A DNA stretch of 61,983 bases, the filler included, from Globobulimina sp. (Eukaryota): the NCBI GenBank assembly GCA_003354225.1. It is 15 parts of 15 records of this genome, joined end to end, with 100 filler letters (N's around TTAATTAATTAA, not from the genome) between each part and the next. Parts side by side here need not be neighbours in the genome. Positions count along the whole stretch, not along the records: positions 33,132 to 37,169 come from PIVH01001700.1; positions 37,270 to 41,307 come from PIVH01001701.1; positions 41,408 to 45,443 come from PIVH01001702.1; positions 45,544 to 49,579 come from PIVH01001703.1; 11 more parts are not named here. One strand, written 5' to 3'. The notes under the pieces are model-generated. The model was not told the DNA's origin, did not search any database, and worked only from the letters and a program-made list of their open reading frames with translations. How positions within the stretch are numbered: position 1 is the first letter of the stretch; every line of letters begins with the position of its first letter. The position numbers and the translations under genes were made by a program. Shown one piece after another: positions 34,742 to 45,758 of this stretch.

Positions 34742-37169
34742 ATGGCATCCATGATCCCAGCTTTATCAAAAATAAAGCACAAACAACCACCATCCTACCA
34801 CCCAAATGGCCAAACCAATCGTTTTCCGCATCACCAGTCATTCCACCATCCATCGCCCACTAATCAACCTCCGCCCTTACCACCACCACAAGCCACCCAA
34901 CCACCAATAAACCAACCCACGCAATCCTCCACATCCAATCCTACCTCAACCAAACTAAAACAACCCAAACCTAAACCATCCAATCCAACCCAACTAACCA
35001 TTGTATATTTCGGTCATCGCCAATACCAACCCTCTATCGGCAAAACCATGGACGGCGAGATTGTATCACAAATTAAATTCAATAAAATCGTATTTGTGCA
35101 ATCAATCCGCATCTGTAACTTACAAGGTATACTATATACAAATTGCACTCAAATTTTCCAAAATCCCTTCAAAAATCTATCCTTGCGCTTAAATATGAAA
35201 AAAACACTCTGATATGACACAGAAAAGCCTCACGCTCAGTTATTACCGGACTTCATTGGCCGTACACAGCCGCATAGCATTGATTTATTTGTGTCCGCTC
35301 GGGACTGTAGCAATAAAAGCCAGCCCTTTGTTCCTTTGGTGGACAGTCCCTTAAAATTCAACATCAAGGCCGATGGCAAAAAATCCAAACGACGCTCCGT
35401 AAAAAACCAAAAAATTGCCACTAATCATATTTACATTCGTGGCAATTTCAAAACCATTTCATTGATTGTCTATGGATACATTGATGACAAATTGACCCAA
35501 AGTCTAAACAATAAGCGCGGCAAAACACCGTTTGACGCGAATAAATATGACATAAACGGCTCGCTATTATCCATATTGGATGAGTTTGAATTTTATGGCT
35601 TGCAAAACCAGCCTGGCATTCCTAAGCACAGCAATGACGCCGACGGATTGCTATTCGATGCGTCGTTATTAGGCAGTTATAGCAATTTAAAAGTACTACG
35701 CAATGACTATTGGGACATAAATAAGCGGAATAATGGCAATATCGAGCTAGTCATCAATGTCTGTGGCGAGTTATTGGCGTTATATCCAATCGTACGCAAA
35801 ATGCAAACCATTGAAAATATCCAGGCTGCCGACTCTGAGCAAGCTAAATGCAGCAAAAATATGGACAAAATTAAAGCGTTTGAAGATTTGCGAGAAAATG
35901 TGTTGAATTTACTGTGTAATGGTGACATTTGTATGGAACTGGTATTGCATGAAAAGTATAAATGTTTGATGGATGTAATTGATATGTGCTGTGAGCAACT
36001 TTTACAGCGCATTGATGTGATTATTTACTTAGATTTCTTATTTAATGTATTCCAGAAAGGTGAGATTAAAAATGGTGCATTGTTGCTGCAGTATTTTATG
36101 CACAGAAAGCAAGTGAATGGATGCTTGATTTTATATGATTTGATATTGGATAAATCGCTGTCGTGCTTAATACGAGTTGCTGTGGTCAAATTATTGTCGT
36201 TAATCATTGAATTTGAGTGTGGAATGAAAGGTTTCTTGCATCCATATCAGAACAAAATGGATACGGATAGCGATGACGAGGAAGATATTGAAATGAAAGA
36301 AAATACCAAGACCCTGTCAGGGCTGCAGATTTTGGTTGAATTGTGTGTCAAATGTGATAATGAAGAAATTATTGAAGCTATAAAGCCGATATTCCAACAA
36401 GTTACAATTATATCTTGTGTTGATATGTTTTTTTTACATGTTTTTTTTGTTAATAATTGTGCGAAGGTGACGACGTACCGTCGATTGAATGAGTTTTGCC
36501 AATGGAATGAAGAAAACAGCACCAATTTAATCCTCCCAATGACCGATGGTAAGTATTGGGAGAAGTCGTTGAAATTATTGAAAAATATCGGAAATATGCT
36601 GTCCGAGTATTTAAGTGACTGTGAGAAGGAGGACATATATGAGACAGAGACGCGATTATTATTTAAGTCGATGCAGTCCGATCCTTGCTGCTTATTACCG
36701 AAACGCATCGATTTGGAAACGTGGCACATTCGCTATTTCAAGCAATTTAAAATTGTGCCGACTCTAAATAACTATTTAAGCATTTTGGAGAGCAAAATTG
36801 AGAAATTGCAGTCTCCGAAAGATAATATAATATCACATGATATGCCCTCGACAGCATATACACACACCAGACACCAGAAAATAACCTTATTTCGCCAGAT
36901 TAAGAACGAGATTGTCACATTGATATTGTGTCTAACCTCTACGTTGTCGGGTTGCAGTGTTTTAAGTGAATATGATGTCGATTTATTTGGATTGTTTTGC
37001 GGTTTAAATAAACAATTAAAGCATAATAATAACAATGTAATGGAGGTTGATGAGGCCAATGATGATGAGATGAAACATAACAATTCAATAAAAGCACAGA
37101 TATTAAGTTATTACGGCACGCCGAGGCTATCCCAATTACGCGATGATTGTAAAAACAACGTACATGTTT
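34742..37169 (+). CDS. Virilizer/VIRMA-like protein (m6A writer complex subunit), N-terminal part; 3' end off-contig
   Basis: Intron 35127-35222 joins the exons in frame to give IKFNKIVFVQSIRI..GRTQPHSIDLFV..ATNHIYIRGNFKTISLIVYG, which matches the VIR_N pattern (V.F..VV.I.EVRV..GET.P..F.L..TD.LVLRG.Y..LTLAIYG). Confidence 0.65.
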
Positions 37170-37269
37170 NNNNNNNNNNNNNNNNNNNNNNNNNNNNNNN
37201 NNNNNNNNNNNNNTTAATTAATTAANNNNNNNNNNNNNNNNNNNNNNNNNNNNNNNNNNNNNNNNNNNN

Positions 37270-37388
37270 AGAAAACATATTAGCCGATTTAATGTTGCCC
37301 GAAGGCTCTCATTTGCGCGAGACTGACTGGACCTATTTCTTTCTACGCGAGTCAGAAAAACAAACCAATGTGAAACGAAAACGTGGCG
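37270..37388. repeat. 119-bp terminal direct repeat, identical to 41189-41307 (circular or looped contig)
   Basis: Exact match AGAAAACATATTAGCCG...CGTGGCG at both contig ends. Confidence 0.95.
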
Positions 37389-39187
37389 CCACCAAAATGG
37401 ACAACACACAGAACGGTGAACGTTGATCTCCAATGGACAGTCCTCTCCGAAACCGAACTCTTTTGTTCCTTCTACCCGCCGCACGGCAACGCCATGGGTA
37501 TAAAGTTCGACACTTTCAAAGCCTTAAAGCAATGCACCGACATCGTCCAGCAAGTGACAGAGCCGCCACGCAAGCCGGCCATGCCCAAAATCGACAAAGC
37601 CTCCGACCGCAAAAGCGAAGATGTGGTGGACTTATCGCAACAAATCATCGTCTTAAACTTAGTGCGTACACAAAAAGACCCGTCTGTCCCTCGGGGCGCA
37701 GTGGTCAAAGCCATTGCTATTTGTACGCGATTGCACATTTTGGACACCTTCAAACCATTATTGACGTTGGCGTTGGACGATTATTATCGCACCGAGTCTG
37801 AGGACGTGTTGTCGCATTTATATCGCACTTTGAATGAAGTCAACTTTGACGGCTCCTCCATGGCCATCGACGACTCGATGATGGATAATAACAACACGGA
37901 GACTTACAACGTTTCCATCAAGTTCCACGGCATAAATATGCGGCTCTCCGTGCCGCGGCATCTCGGCGTGGACGAAATCAGCGGTATATCCATGCGCAAA
38001 TTGTTCAAAACGTTCAGACGCAACAACGGAATGAGTATACTGTACAACGGGGTGTTCACGCAACGGCGCATTATCTTCGTGGGCCACAATTTGCCATCGG
38101 ACCTGATCGCGAATATGGTTTTGTGTTCGTGTCTGTTGGTCTCGCCCTGCATTTCGGGTACGTTGTCCAGAGCGTATCCCTATGCGTGTCTGACGGCGAT
38201 GCAGTTCCTGTCGGTGAGTGGCTACATTGCGGGAGTCACTAATCCGATATTCGAACAACGCCAGGAATGGTTCGATATACTATGCAATGTGGCCACCGGC
38301 GAAGTTAAATTGAGGTAAATACTGTTTCTGTTTGCGTTGCTGTGTATTGTTGTAATTGTGTGTTGAAATAAAGTGAGTCGTACGAGAAAGAGCTGGAAGT
38401 GCACCAATTAGGTATCAACAAAGTGCAGGCCATTGACAAAATATTGATGAGTGAGATCCGCAATGGTTTGCAGTTGAAATATGGCGAAAAGTACATTCGG
38501 ACAATGTTTCAAGATTACACTGATCACATTGTCAAAATAGCTTTGGATATTGAGGTTTTTGAGGACATTTCCATCAAAAAGCACGATTTTGATGTGAATG
38601 AATGGCGGATCCGAGAATGGGAAAAGACGGACAGTTACTTGTCGACCTTGGAGTTGATGGACAAACATAACCATTCCTCGCCGTTTGGGCTGAAAACAAA
38701 GGAAATGAATTTAATGATTCGGACCATCCAAATTAAGCCGTTGATCGCTGACAAAGCGCGCACTTTTTTGGCGAAGATTGATCATTGGCTGGATAATAAA
38801 GAAAAAATCAAATATTTCATACAGACTTTGAACACGTCGTTGGGCCACAAAATATTGCAATATATGTTCCATTCGGATGAGTTTATATCGGGCAAAGCCT
38901 TGGATATTGCGCTGAAATTAGAGTCTTATACGCATGGCCAAGATAAGTTAGAATGTGCCAATAAGATTATGAAATCATTAAATTTCTTTTATATCATTGC
39001 ATTTGAACGACTTAAATTGGAAAGAAACGCTGGTTTACGGAAACAAAAACAATTAAAAAGAACATTGAAATCAAATGATATGCATACTGGAAAAATTGAA
39101 TATAATAATTATCAAAATATTAACAAACAAATATCGATCAGTACAACAATGCAGAGTGGCATGCAAAATGGTGAATATTTTGACTAA
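37270..39187 (+). CDS. Afi1/MesA-family (DENN-like, SPA domain) protein; its 5' portion lies at the other contig end (41061-41307)
   Basis: LADLMLPEGSHLRETDWTYFFL (Afi1 N domain), LNLVRTQKDPSVPRGAVVKAIAICT, and RAYPY..GYIAGVTNPIFE..WFDILCNV (SPA). An intron follows ~38314. A frame change near 37388 is unexplained. Confidence 0.8.
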
Positions 39188-39718
39188 TATATTTATTCTT
39201 TCTTTCTATTGTTTTACAAAGTAATTGTTTTTTTTCACGTACAGCTCTAAAACAATGAAACCATTATTTGCCAAATAAAGTATGATTGTATAACAACGAA
39301 AAACATAATAAAATGCAAACTTTAGCAAACAAAAGAGAAAGTTAACAGTATCAATGGTAATAAGATGCAGGTTGATCAGTCCTAACATTCTTATTTAAAC
39401 CGCAGAGGTATTTCGTAATGTTTTGGAAATAACGATGGTAATATTGTACCATGTGTTGTTTTCACAGAAATATTGATGTCATATATCTGAAGGACCTCTT
39501 TGGTGGCGGCTGTTTCGCTCTCTCTTGCTTTTTACAAGAAATCTGGATATTTATTTAAACTGACACGCTTTAACATATTTTGAATTACGGGACAATATCA
39601 CAGAAAGAAATGTGTTGGCATATCGCGCGATAACTCGCTTCAATGCTTCGATCAGTTTTGATATCGACTGATCTTTAATTGCCAAATAAACTCATTGCAA
39701 AGCAAGATATAAAGAAAG

Positions 39719-40261
39719 TTATATTTGGGAACAGTAAGACAATGCAATCATTAGTAGGGCAACTCTCATGTATTGATATCTTGAGCCATCACTTGTGTCC
39801 AAAGGAGTTGGTTCCAATGTACTGACTGTGACCATCTTCGTTGGAATAGTTGTAATCTGTGTCATTGTTGGATGCAATGTTGGCTCCATTCCATCGACAG
39901 TAACATTACAATAAGCACAACAATCACAATTGATTTGCTCTCTTTTGTCTGCGGAAATATTCGGAGTCACTCTATCTGCAAAAACGATAAACTCATTTAA
40001 AGACATAAATTGATCATTGTCTGCATCAAACATATAAATAGGAACTGTGCAATTTGCATAACTGATATTAGACAATGCTGCGGCTGCAATGTTCCAGAAT
40101 GAGCACATTTCTTCTTTGTCAATTTGATTATCATTGTTTATCGAATTGGCTATAATTTCAAAGGCATCTACCAATTGATTACAATATGAATTGTCATGAT
40201 TAACAGTCACACATTGCTCGGCATTCGAACTGCCTCTGTAGACAGTGAATTGGCAATTCAC
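39719..40261 (-). CDS. EF-hand protein with PT-rich stalk and C-terminal hydrophobic (GPI/TM-like) tail; start not found
   Basis: EF-hand-like loops NNDNQIDKEE and DADNDQFMSLNEF. No ATG upstream before a GGGGT-rich tract. Confidence 0.6.
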   Translation of the reverse strand: MNCQFTVYRGSSNAEQCVTVNHDNSYCNQLVDAFEIIANSINNDNQIDKEEMCSFWNIAAAALSNISYANCTVPIYMFDADNDQFMSLNEFIVFADRVTPNISADKREQINCDCCAYCNVTVDGMEPTLHPTMTQITTIPTKMVTVSTLEPTPLDTSDGSRYQYMRVALLMIALSYCSQI

Positions 40262-41060
40262 AGAAAGAAATGTGTTATGCCTCGGTGGAGTGTGGTGGTG
40301 GCGGTGGGGTGGGGTGGGGTGGGGTGGTGGTGAGTGGTGGTGATTTGTTGTGGCTGGCAGTTGCCGGTTGTTTGTGACTGCTAATTTTGTTGCAAATTAT
40401 AATCATAATTCGACTAATTTTGTAATCATATATCGAAGGTAGTTAAATTAAAAGATTTGTTTATTAAAGTTGTTTTTAATCTGTGCCGTAAAAAAAACTT
40501 CATCTTCTCGGCTCTTCTTTATTTTTGCATTGATTGGATTAGTCACTATATATACATTTTGAAATTGGAATTAAATCAAATTATAATTAAAAATAATTGG
40601 AATTGACAAAAAAATGTGGATAAAAAAAATGGATTAAACGTTTATCGGCATACTGGTCGCAATTAGATTAGAAGTTTGGGTCATGCCTTTTCTTTTCTTT
40701 ACAACTCAGTGCCTGACCGGTTTTTAATTCGGCTGAGGCTTCCTCGATAACTTAGCGTTTATTTCATTAAATTTTATCCGGATTTTCATTGTTGTTCATA
40801 TTTTCTTCATTCATATTTTTAATGGTTTATGAATTCAATTATCTGGATCTTCATTCTTGTTGTATATATTTTTGTGTGTACGTATTATGATTATATCAAA
40901 TTGATTTTTAGATAAATATCATTTATACATATTAATCATATTCAAATGGTTTTGTTTGTGCTGGTTTTTTAATACGCTATATTTCGCACTGTTAAGTTTT
41001 CTGTTATATTCTTTTTCTTTTTTGTTTGATTGTGTTGAATGCCAAAAACTTTAAGCTTTA

Positions 41061-41307
41061 GTGGCCATGGCTCGGAAATGTCACTATCCAAAGTACGGTT
41101 TGTTTTTTATGTATTTAATTTGGTCGTTGAGTTTATTTATATTTTATACACACGAGACATTGTCGTCCGAATCTCAGAAAACCATCTCAGAAAACATATT
41201 AGCCGATTTAATGTTGCCCGAAGGCTCTCATTTGCGCGAGACTGACTGGACCTATTTCTTTCTACGCGAGTCAGAAAAACAAACCAATGTGAAACGAAAA
41301 CGTGGCG
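41061..41307 (+). CDS. 5' exon(s) of the Afi1/MesA-family gene
   Basis: MARKCHYPK..TISENILADLMLPEGSH; continues across the terminal repeat into 37270. Confidence 0.6.
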
Positions 41308-41744
41308 NNNNNNNNNNNNNNNNNNNNNNNNNNNNNNNNNNNNNNNNNNNNTTAATTAATTAANNNNNNNNNNNNNNNNNNNNNNNNNNNNNNNNNNNNN
41401 NNNNNNNATGACTGCGAAAAAAGTCCAAGTTTTACGAATATTACAAAACAATATATAAGACATTGTTCAACAAAACACACTATACCCAATATTGTTTTGA
41501 TATGAATATCAAAACGGAGACTAAACTGGCAAGAAAACTAAAATTCTATTTTTTGTATCCTCGCACTCAGTGCACAATTTTTTAAGTTTAGAAAATAAAT
41601 ATTAATAAGTTTTAAAATACTTTTAAATTAAACATAAATTGTTCATTTGGTAACCAGCAAAAAAACATGAACCCACAAACAACACAACAACAAAAATTTA
41701 AAAGAAAACATAAAAAATGCATGATGATGGAATATATTTATATA

Positions 41745-42344
41745 TTATGGACAAACTTTATTTTCAATATATGATCTCCATTCCGTGTCTGACATACTGG
41801 CCCCGTTATATGTCCATGTGCCAAATGATGGTCTCATATCAATGTGAATGTAAGTTGCATCTAAACCTAATCCAATTTCTCGTCCATAACTTTGAAATAA
41901 TGGTCTACATTCACAAATAAATACATCTGCTAACTGCGTAATGGAAACGGAAGAATGTGGCTCAACATCGGCAGCTGTCCCTGACATATGATACGAGGAC
42001 GATGCGCCTCCAACATATGTATTATATGAAACAGTCCTATATCCACTGTTTATGCTTGGTTTTTCTAAATTACTTCTCGCCGTTTGTAAACATTCGATTA
42101 ACTCTGGAGCTATTCGTAAAAATTGAGATCCGTCGTTGCATTTAAATTCTGACAGCAAAAAATTAGGTGCTAGATTTACGTCTGGATCTGAATCAAATAA
42201 ATATGTGCCGAGATCATTTGGATCGTCATAATCAGAATCACGAGGCCCACTCTCTAATGCACCGCTTGGAAATACTACCTGACAACCACGAGTATTACGG
42301 GTACTTGCTAATAAGATAAATATCACAGCATAAACTGACGACAT
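41745..42344 (-). CDS. Secreted peptidase M15A-type (Zn D-Ala-D-Ala / peptidoglycan peptidase fold) protein
   Basis: Signal peptide MSSVYAVIFILLA, LAPNFLLSEFKCNDG, INSGYRT..N..VGGASSSYHMSGTAAD and YIHIDMR. Confidence 0.88.
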   Translation of the reverse strand: MSSVYAVIFILLASTRNTRGCQVVFPSGALESGPRDSDYDDPNDLGTYLFDSDPDVNLAPNFLLSEFKCNDGSQFLRIAPELIECLQTARSNLEKPSINSGYRTVSYNTYVGGASSSYHMSGTAADVEPHSSVSITQLADVFICECRPLFQSYGREIGLGLDATYIHIDMRPSFGTWTYNGASMSDTEWRSYIENKVCP

Positions 42345-42438
42345 GTCGGAAATGGAAAAGTGTTTGATTTTCAAGTTGATTTTCAAGTTAATTTTCAGTG
42401 ACAAATTTGTATTGATTTGACGCCAAACAGAGAACAGA

Positions 42439-45422
42439 ATGAAATTTGCAGTCATTTTCTACCATCTGCACTTAGCAATGTCATTAACATCAAACGATTA
42501 TCTAGATGTTCACTCGTCATGCAATGACATAACAACTGATGGGTTATATTACGTGAAACCATCATTAGAAGGCCCAGTCATCCCCGTGTTGTGCAGCAAT
42601 GGTTATACAATGTTAGATGTCTCATTAGATGAAAATTTAAATTCATATCCATACTATTTAACATCATACACATATGCACGAAATAGTTTTAATTGGATAA
42701 TGACCTCATTAGATGATAGATCCACATTTAGAGAGTGGTGGACTCCAACGGATAATAACACTAATTTCCGGGTAGCACCTTCATGTAAAACATGTGTCAC
42801 GTCGGTAGACTTTGGCGATGATGCAGCATATTACACAGATTCTAATTTATTTTGTTTTGCATCAACACCAGAGCCCGGTTGTACTCTTGACTTAAACAGC
42901 GATGCATGCAATATTTGTGATGTTGGTGATGTTCGCTCCGATGATGTCACAGCACGAACATGGATAAAATGTAGTGCATTGCAAATGAAATCCGATACTC
43001 CAATTATTTATGAGCATGATCAGTGTGTTACTCATGGTTTGATATATCGCCCTGTTATGTCATTTTTAGATGATGCATGTACATGCTATAAACCCTCCCA
43101 CTCAATAATCTATAAAGTAGCGATTGATCAATTGCCACCAATCACGATAAGTCGCAAACAATTCGATTTAAAACTAAATTATATTGATGATATGATTATT
43201 TTTGCAAGCAACCATGATGAAAATATTGAGATAACTTGTGATGAGAATATTATTTATTTAACCAATCAAGATTTTATGTATGGAACATATCGGATTACTG
43301 AATGTGGGAAATATGTATTAAATGAAGATATTATATTTAATTTTAACGCACCAACAATTTTAGATAAAAATATCGATGAAAATGGTGATAATTTTTCGCC
43401 GAATTCTATTGATGTTGATGACTTATTTTGGTTTCCAACACAGACGCAAGACGCAGATAATGTATATCCAGGCACATATACATATGCAGGCTCATATTCA
43501 TTGGGTTTTTTTGCAGGAATTACCGTGGAAACAGATAATGTGACAATTGATTTAAATGGATATTCAATGCAAATGGATAATACATTTTATTTACAACAAC
43601 GGTATTTTACATTGATTGAGTGTGGAGCGAAATATTTTTTACCCAATCAAGGACCATCAAATTGGCTTATTTCTGAAGAATTTTATGCATCAAATTTAGA
43701 GATACGCGGGCCTGGTGTTTTAGGACTAAGTTCACATCATTCAATTCATGGAATGAGAAATTATAATTTAAATATTCTCGATATTACAATTAGAAATTTT
43801 GAGGTGGCAGGTATTCAATGTAACGGATGTAACAATGTACATATTAATTCATGCGTAGTTGGTCCACAAAATACAAATATTCCTGTTTTGGGGAGATATG
43901 CGCATGCAAGAGGTACACTGCATATATACTTTAATTTATTTTTTATTTTCTTGGTTTTTTTTTTGCATAGCAATGCTTCCTCGGTTAAAGCAATTAAATG
44001 ATGAGTATGGTTCTGAAACTATTACTTTTTATAACAGAGAAACAGAAACCGTTTCCGATTTAGTTTATAGATTAATAAATCAGATGGATATGGTGTATTA
44101 TCATTATGTATTCGGCGTTGAGTATGACGATGATGATCAAGAATGGATTGCGGCAAAGAAACTCTTTGTTAATCCGAGCGGGTGGATGGATGGGGGGAGT
44201 TCATATGGGATTATATTCAATGGTGACGGTGCAGCTGTGGTTGGTATTGGGTCACGAACACATGATACAGCAAATATTAGTATGAACAATGTTGAAATAT
44301 TTGGAATTTATAATAAAGTCTTAGAGAAAATAAAAGTAAGTATAAATAAGGTTGGCGCCTCGCGGTTAATTTTATTTGATACAATTGATTGGATTGCTGT
44401 TATAGATTCAATTGAAGATGATACACAAATTCAGTATATTGGTGATGCTTATACTGATGTTATATTTGCAATAAAAGAAAATATTAAGTCATGGGCATAT
44501 TTGAATTCGTTATTTATTACAAATGAAGAGTTACAATTTGTATTTGAAGGTAATAATGAACAGAATCATGCATTTCACAGTATTTGGAGCGCTGGATCGC
44601 CAGCACAAAATTCTCAGAGTGCTACCGGGTGTAACACAGGTATCAAAATAAAAAAAATAAAATAATATATTTATTTATTTATATGCATTTACAGATATTC
44701 AGCTACATTCAAGCAAAGGTGCCATTGGCTTAAGATTGGATGGTACAAAAAACATTGATCTAAATAATATTTATATTCATGATGTTATAAATTGGGCAGA
44801 TTTAGGTGGAAATTGGTGTGGGTTGTCTGATGGTCCAGGAGTTAGTAATGAAGATAAAGATATTCAATATGGTTATACTGGAACCAGAGCACATGGCTTA
44901 ATTACTGATTATGTTACTGGTCAGATTAAAAATATACAAATTGAAAATATTCAATCATTGAATGGTGAAGCAATTGCTATCAATATATATAAGGGATGTG
45001 ATTTGAAAATATTGTCGCAAATTGTAATAAATAATGTTATTGCTGGAACAAATTTATCTGTAAATGATATAAATAAATTAAGTTTACCAAATTTGATACC
45101 GAGAGCATGCGGTATTGATATTCATAATGATACAATTGTTGAATTAAATGATATTGATGTTACACAAAATAATATTAATGGATATGATAACTGCATGGAT
45201 GGTGATGCGCAAATTGTTGTTGTTGGTGATGTAGATATAGATGCTGATAATGGTATGCCTGTATATAATATAATTAAAATTATACTTATTACATTATCTT
45301 GCATTGTATTGTTGGTAATCTGCACATGTATTATTGGTCGTCTTTTTTGTAATGGCAATCATGTTGATGATGATGATAAAATGGTAGCAGCAGAACATAC
45401 ACCTCTTTTAATAAATTTTTGA
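42439..45422 (+). CDS. Three-exon large membrane-anchored protein: fibrinogen-like N-terminal motif, Cys-rich region, right-handed beta-helix, C-terminal TM helix
   Basis: Introns 43913-43970 and 44640-44694 join the three ORFs in frame. SSCNDI..DGLYYVKP..PVLCSNGYT; beta-helix-like GIQCNGCNNVHINSCVVG; TM segment IILITLSCIVLLVICTCII. Confidence 0.75.
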
Positions 45423-45543
45423 CTTTTTAATAATATTCTGCACNNNNNNNNNNNNNNNNNNNNNNNNNNNNNNNNNNNNNNNNNNNNTTAATTAATTAAN
45501 NNNNNNNNNNNNNNNNNNNNNNNNNNNNNNNNNNNNNNNNNNN

Positions 45544-45662
45544 TCAGGCTTTTATATACAAATTTTATTATACCATAAACACGTTTTTAGTTTTCTTTAT
45601 ATATTCTGTACAATAGCAATACACTTTTTAGTTTTCTTTCTATATTCTATACACAAACAATA
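45544..45662. repeat. Left inverted repeat (119 bp, perfect reverse complement of 49461-49579)
   Basis: TCAGGCTTTTATATACAAA...ACACAAACAATA compared base by base with the right end. Confidence 0.95.
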
Positions 45663-45704
45663 CACTTTTTAGTTTTCTTTATATATTCTGTACAACACAA
45701 CAAT
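45579..45704. repeat. ~41-43 bp subterminal tandem repeat (ACACTTTTTAGTTTTCTTT.TATATTCT.TACA....CAAT), three copies on the left and two on the right
   Basis: Units start at 45579, 45621 and 45662. Confidence 0.85.
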
Positions 45705-45758
45705 AAATGCATAATACACAAAACACAATGTACAAATAGAATACACATGGTGATGAGC

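Noticed and set aside
34689-34853. N-terminal extension of the Rab ORF
   Set aside because: It overlaps the start of the opposite-strand Virilizer-like gene; the Met at 34688 gives a normal Rab length.
40287-40345. GGGGT/GGT tract as a telomere
   Set aside because: It is short, irregular and internal to the contig, so it is treated as low-complexity sequence.
45544-45662. 119 bp as the true biological TIR length and TCAGGC as the true terminus
   Set aside because: The same 119-bp overlap occurs on the looped contig 37270-41307, which points to the assembler k-mer. The real ends are probably further out.
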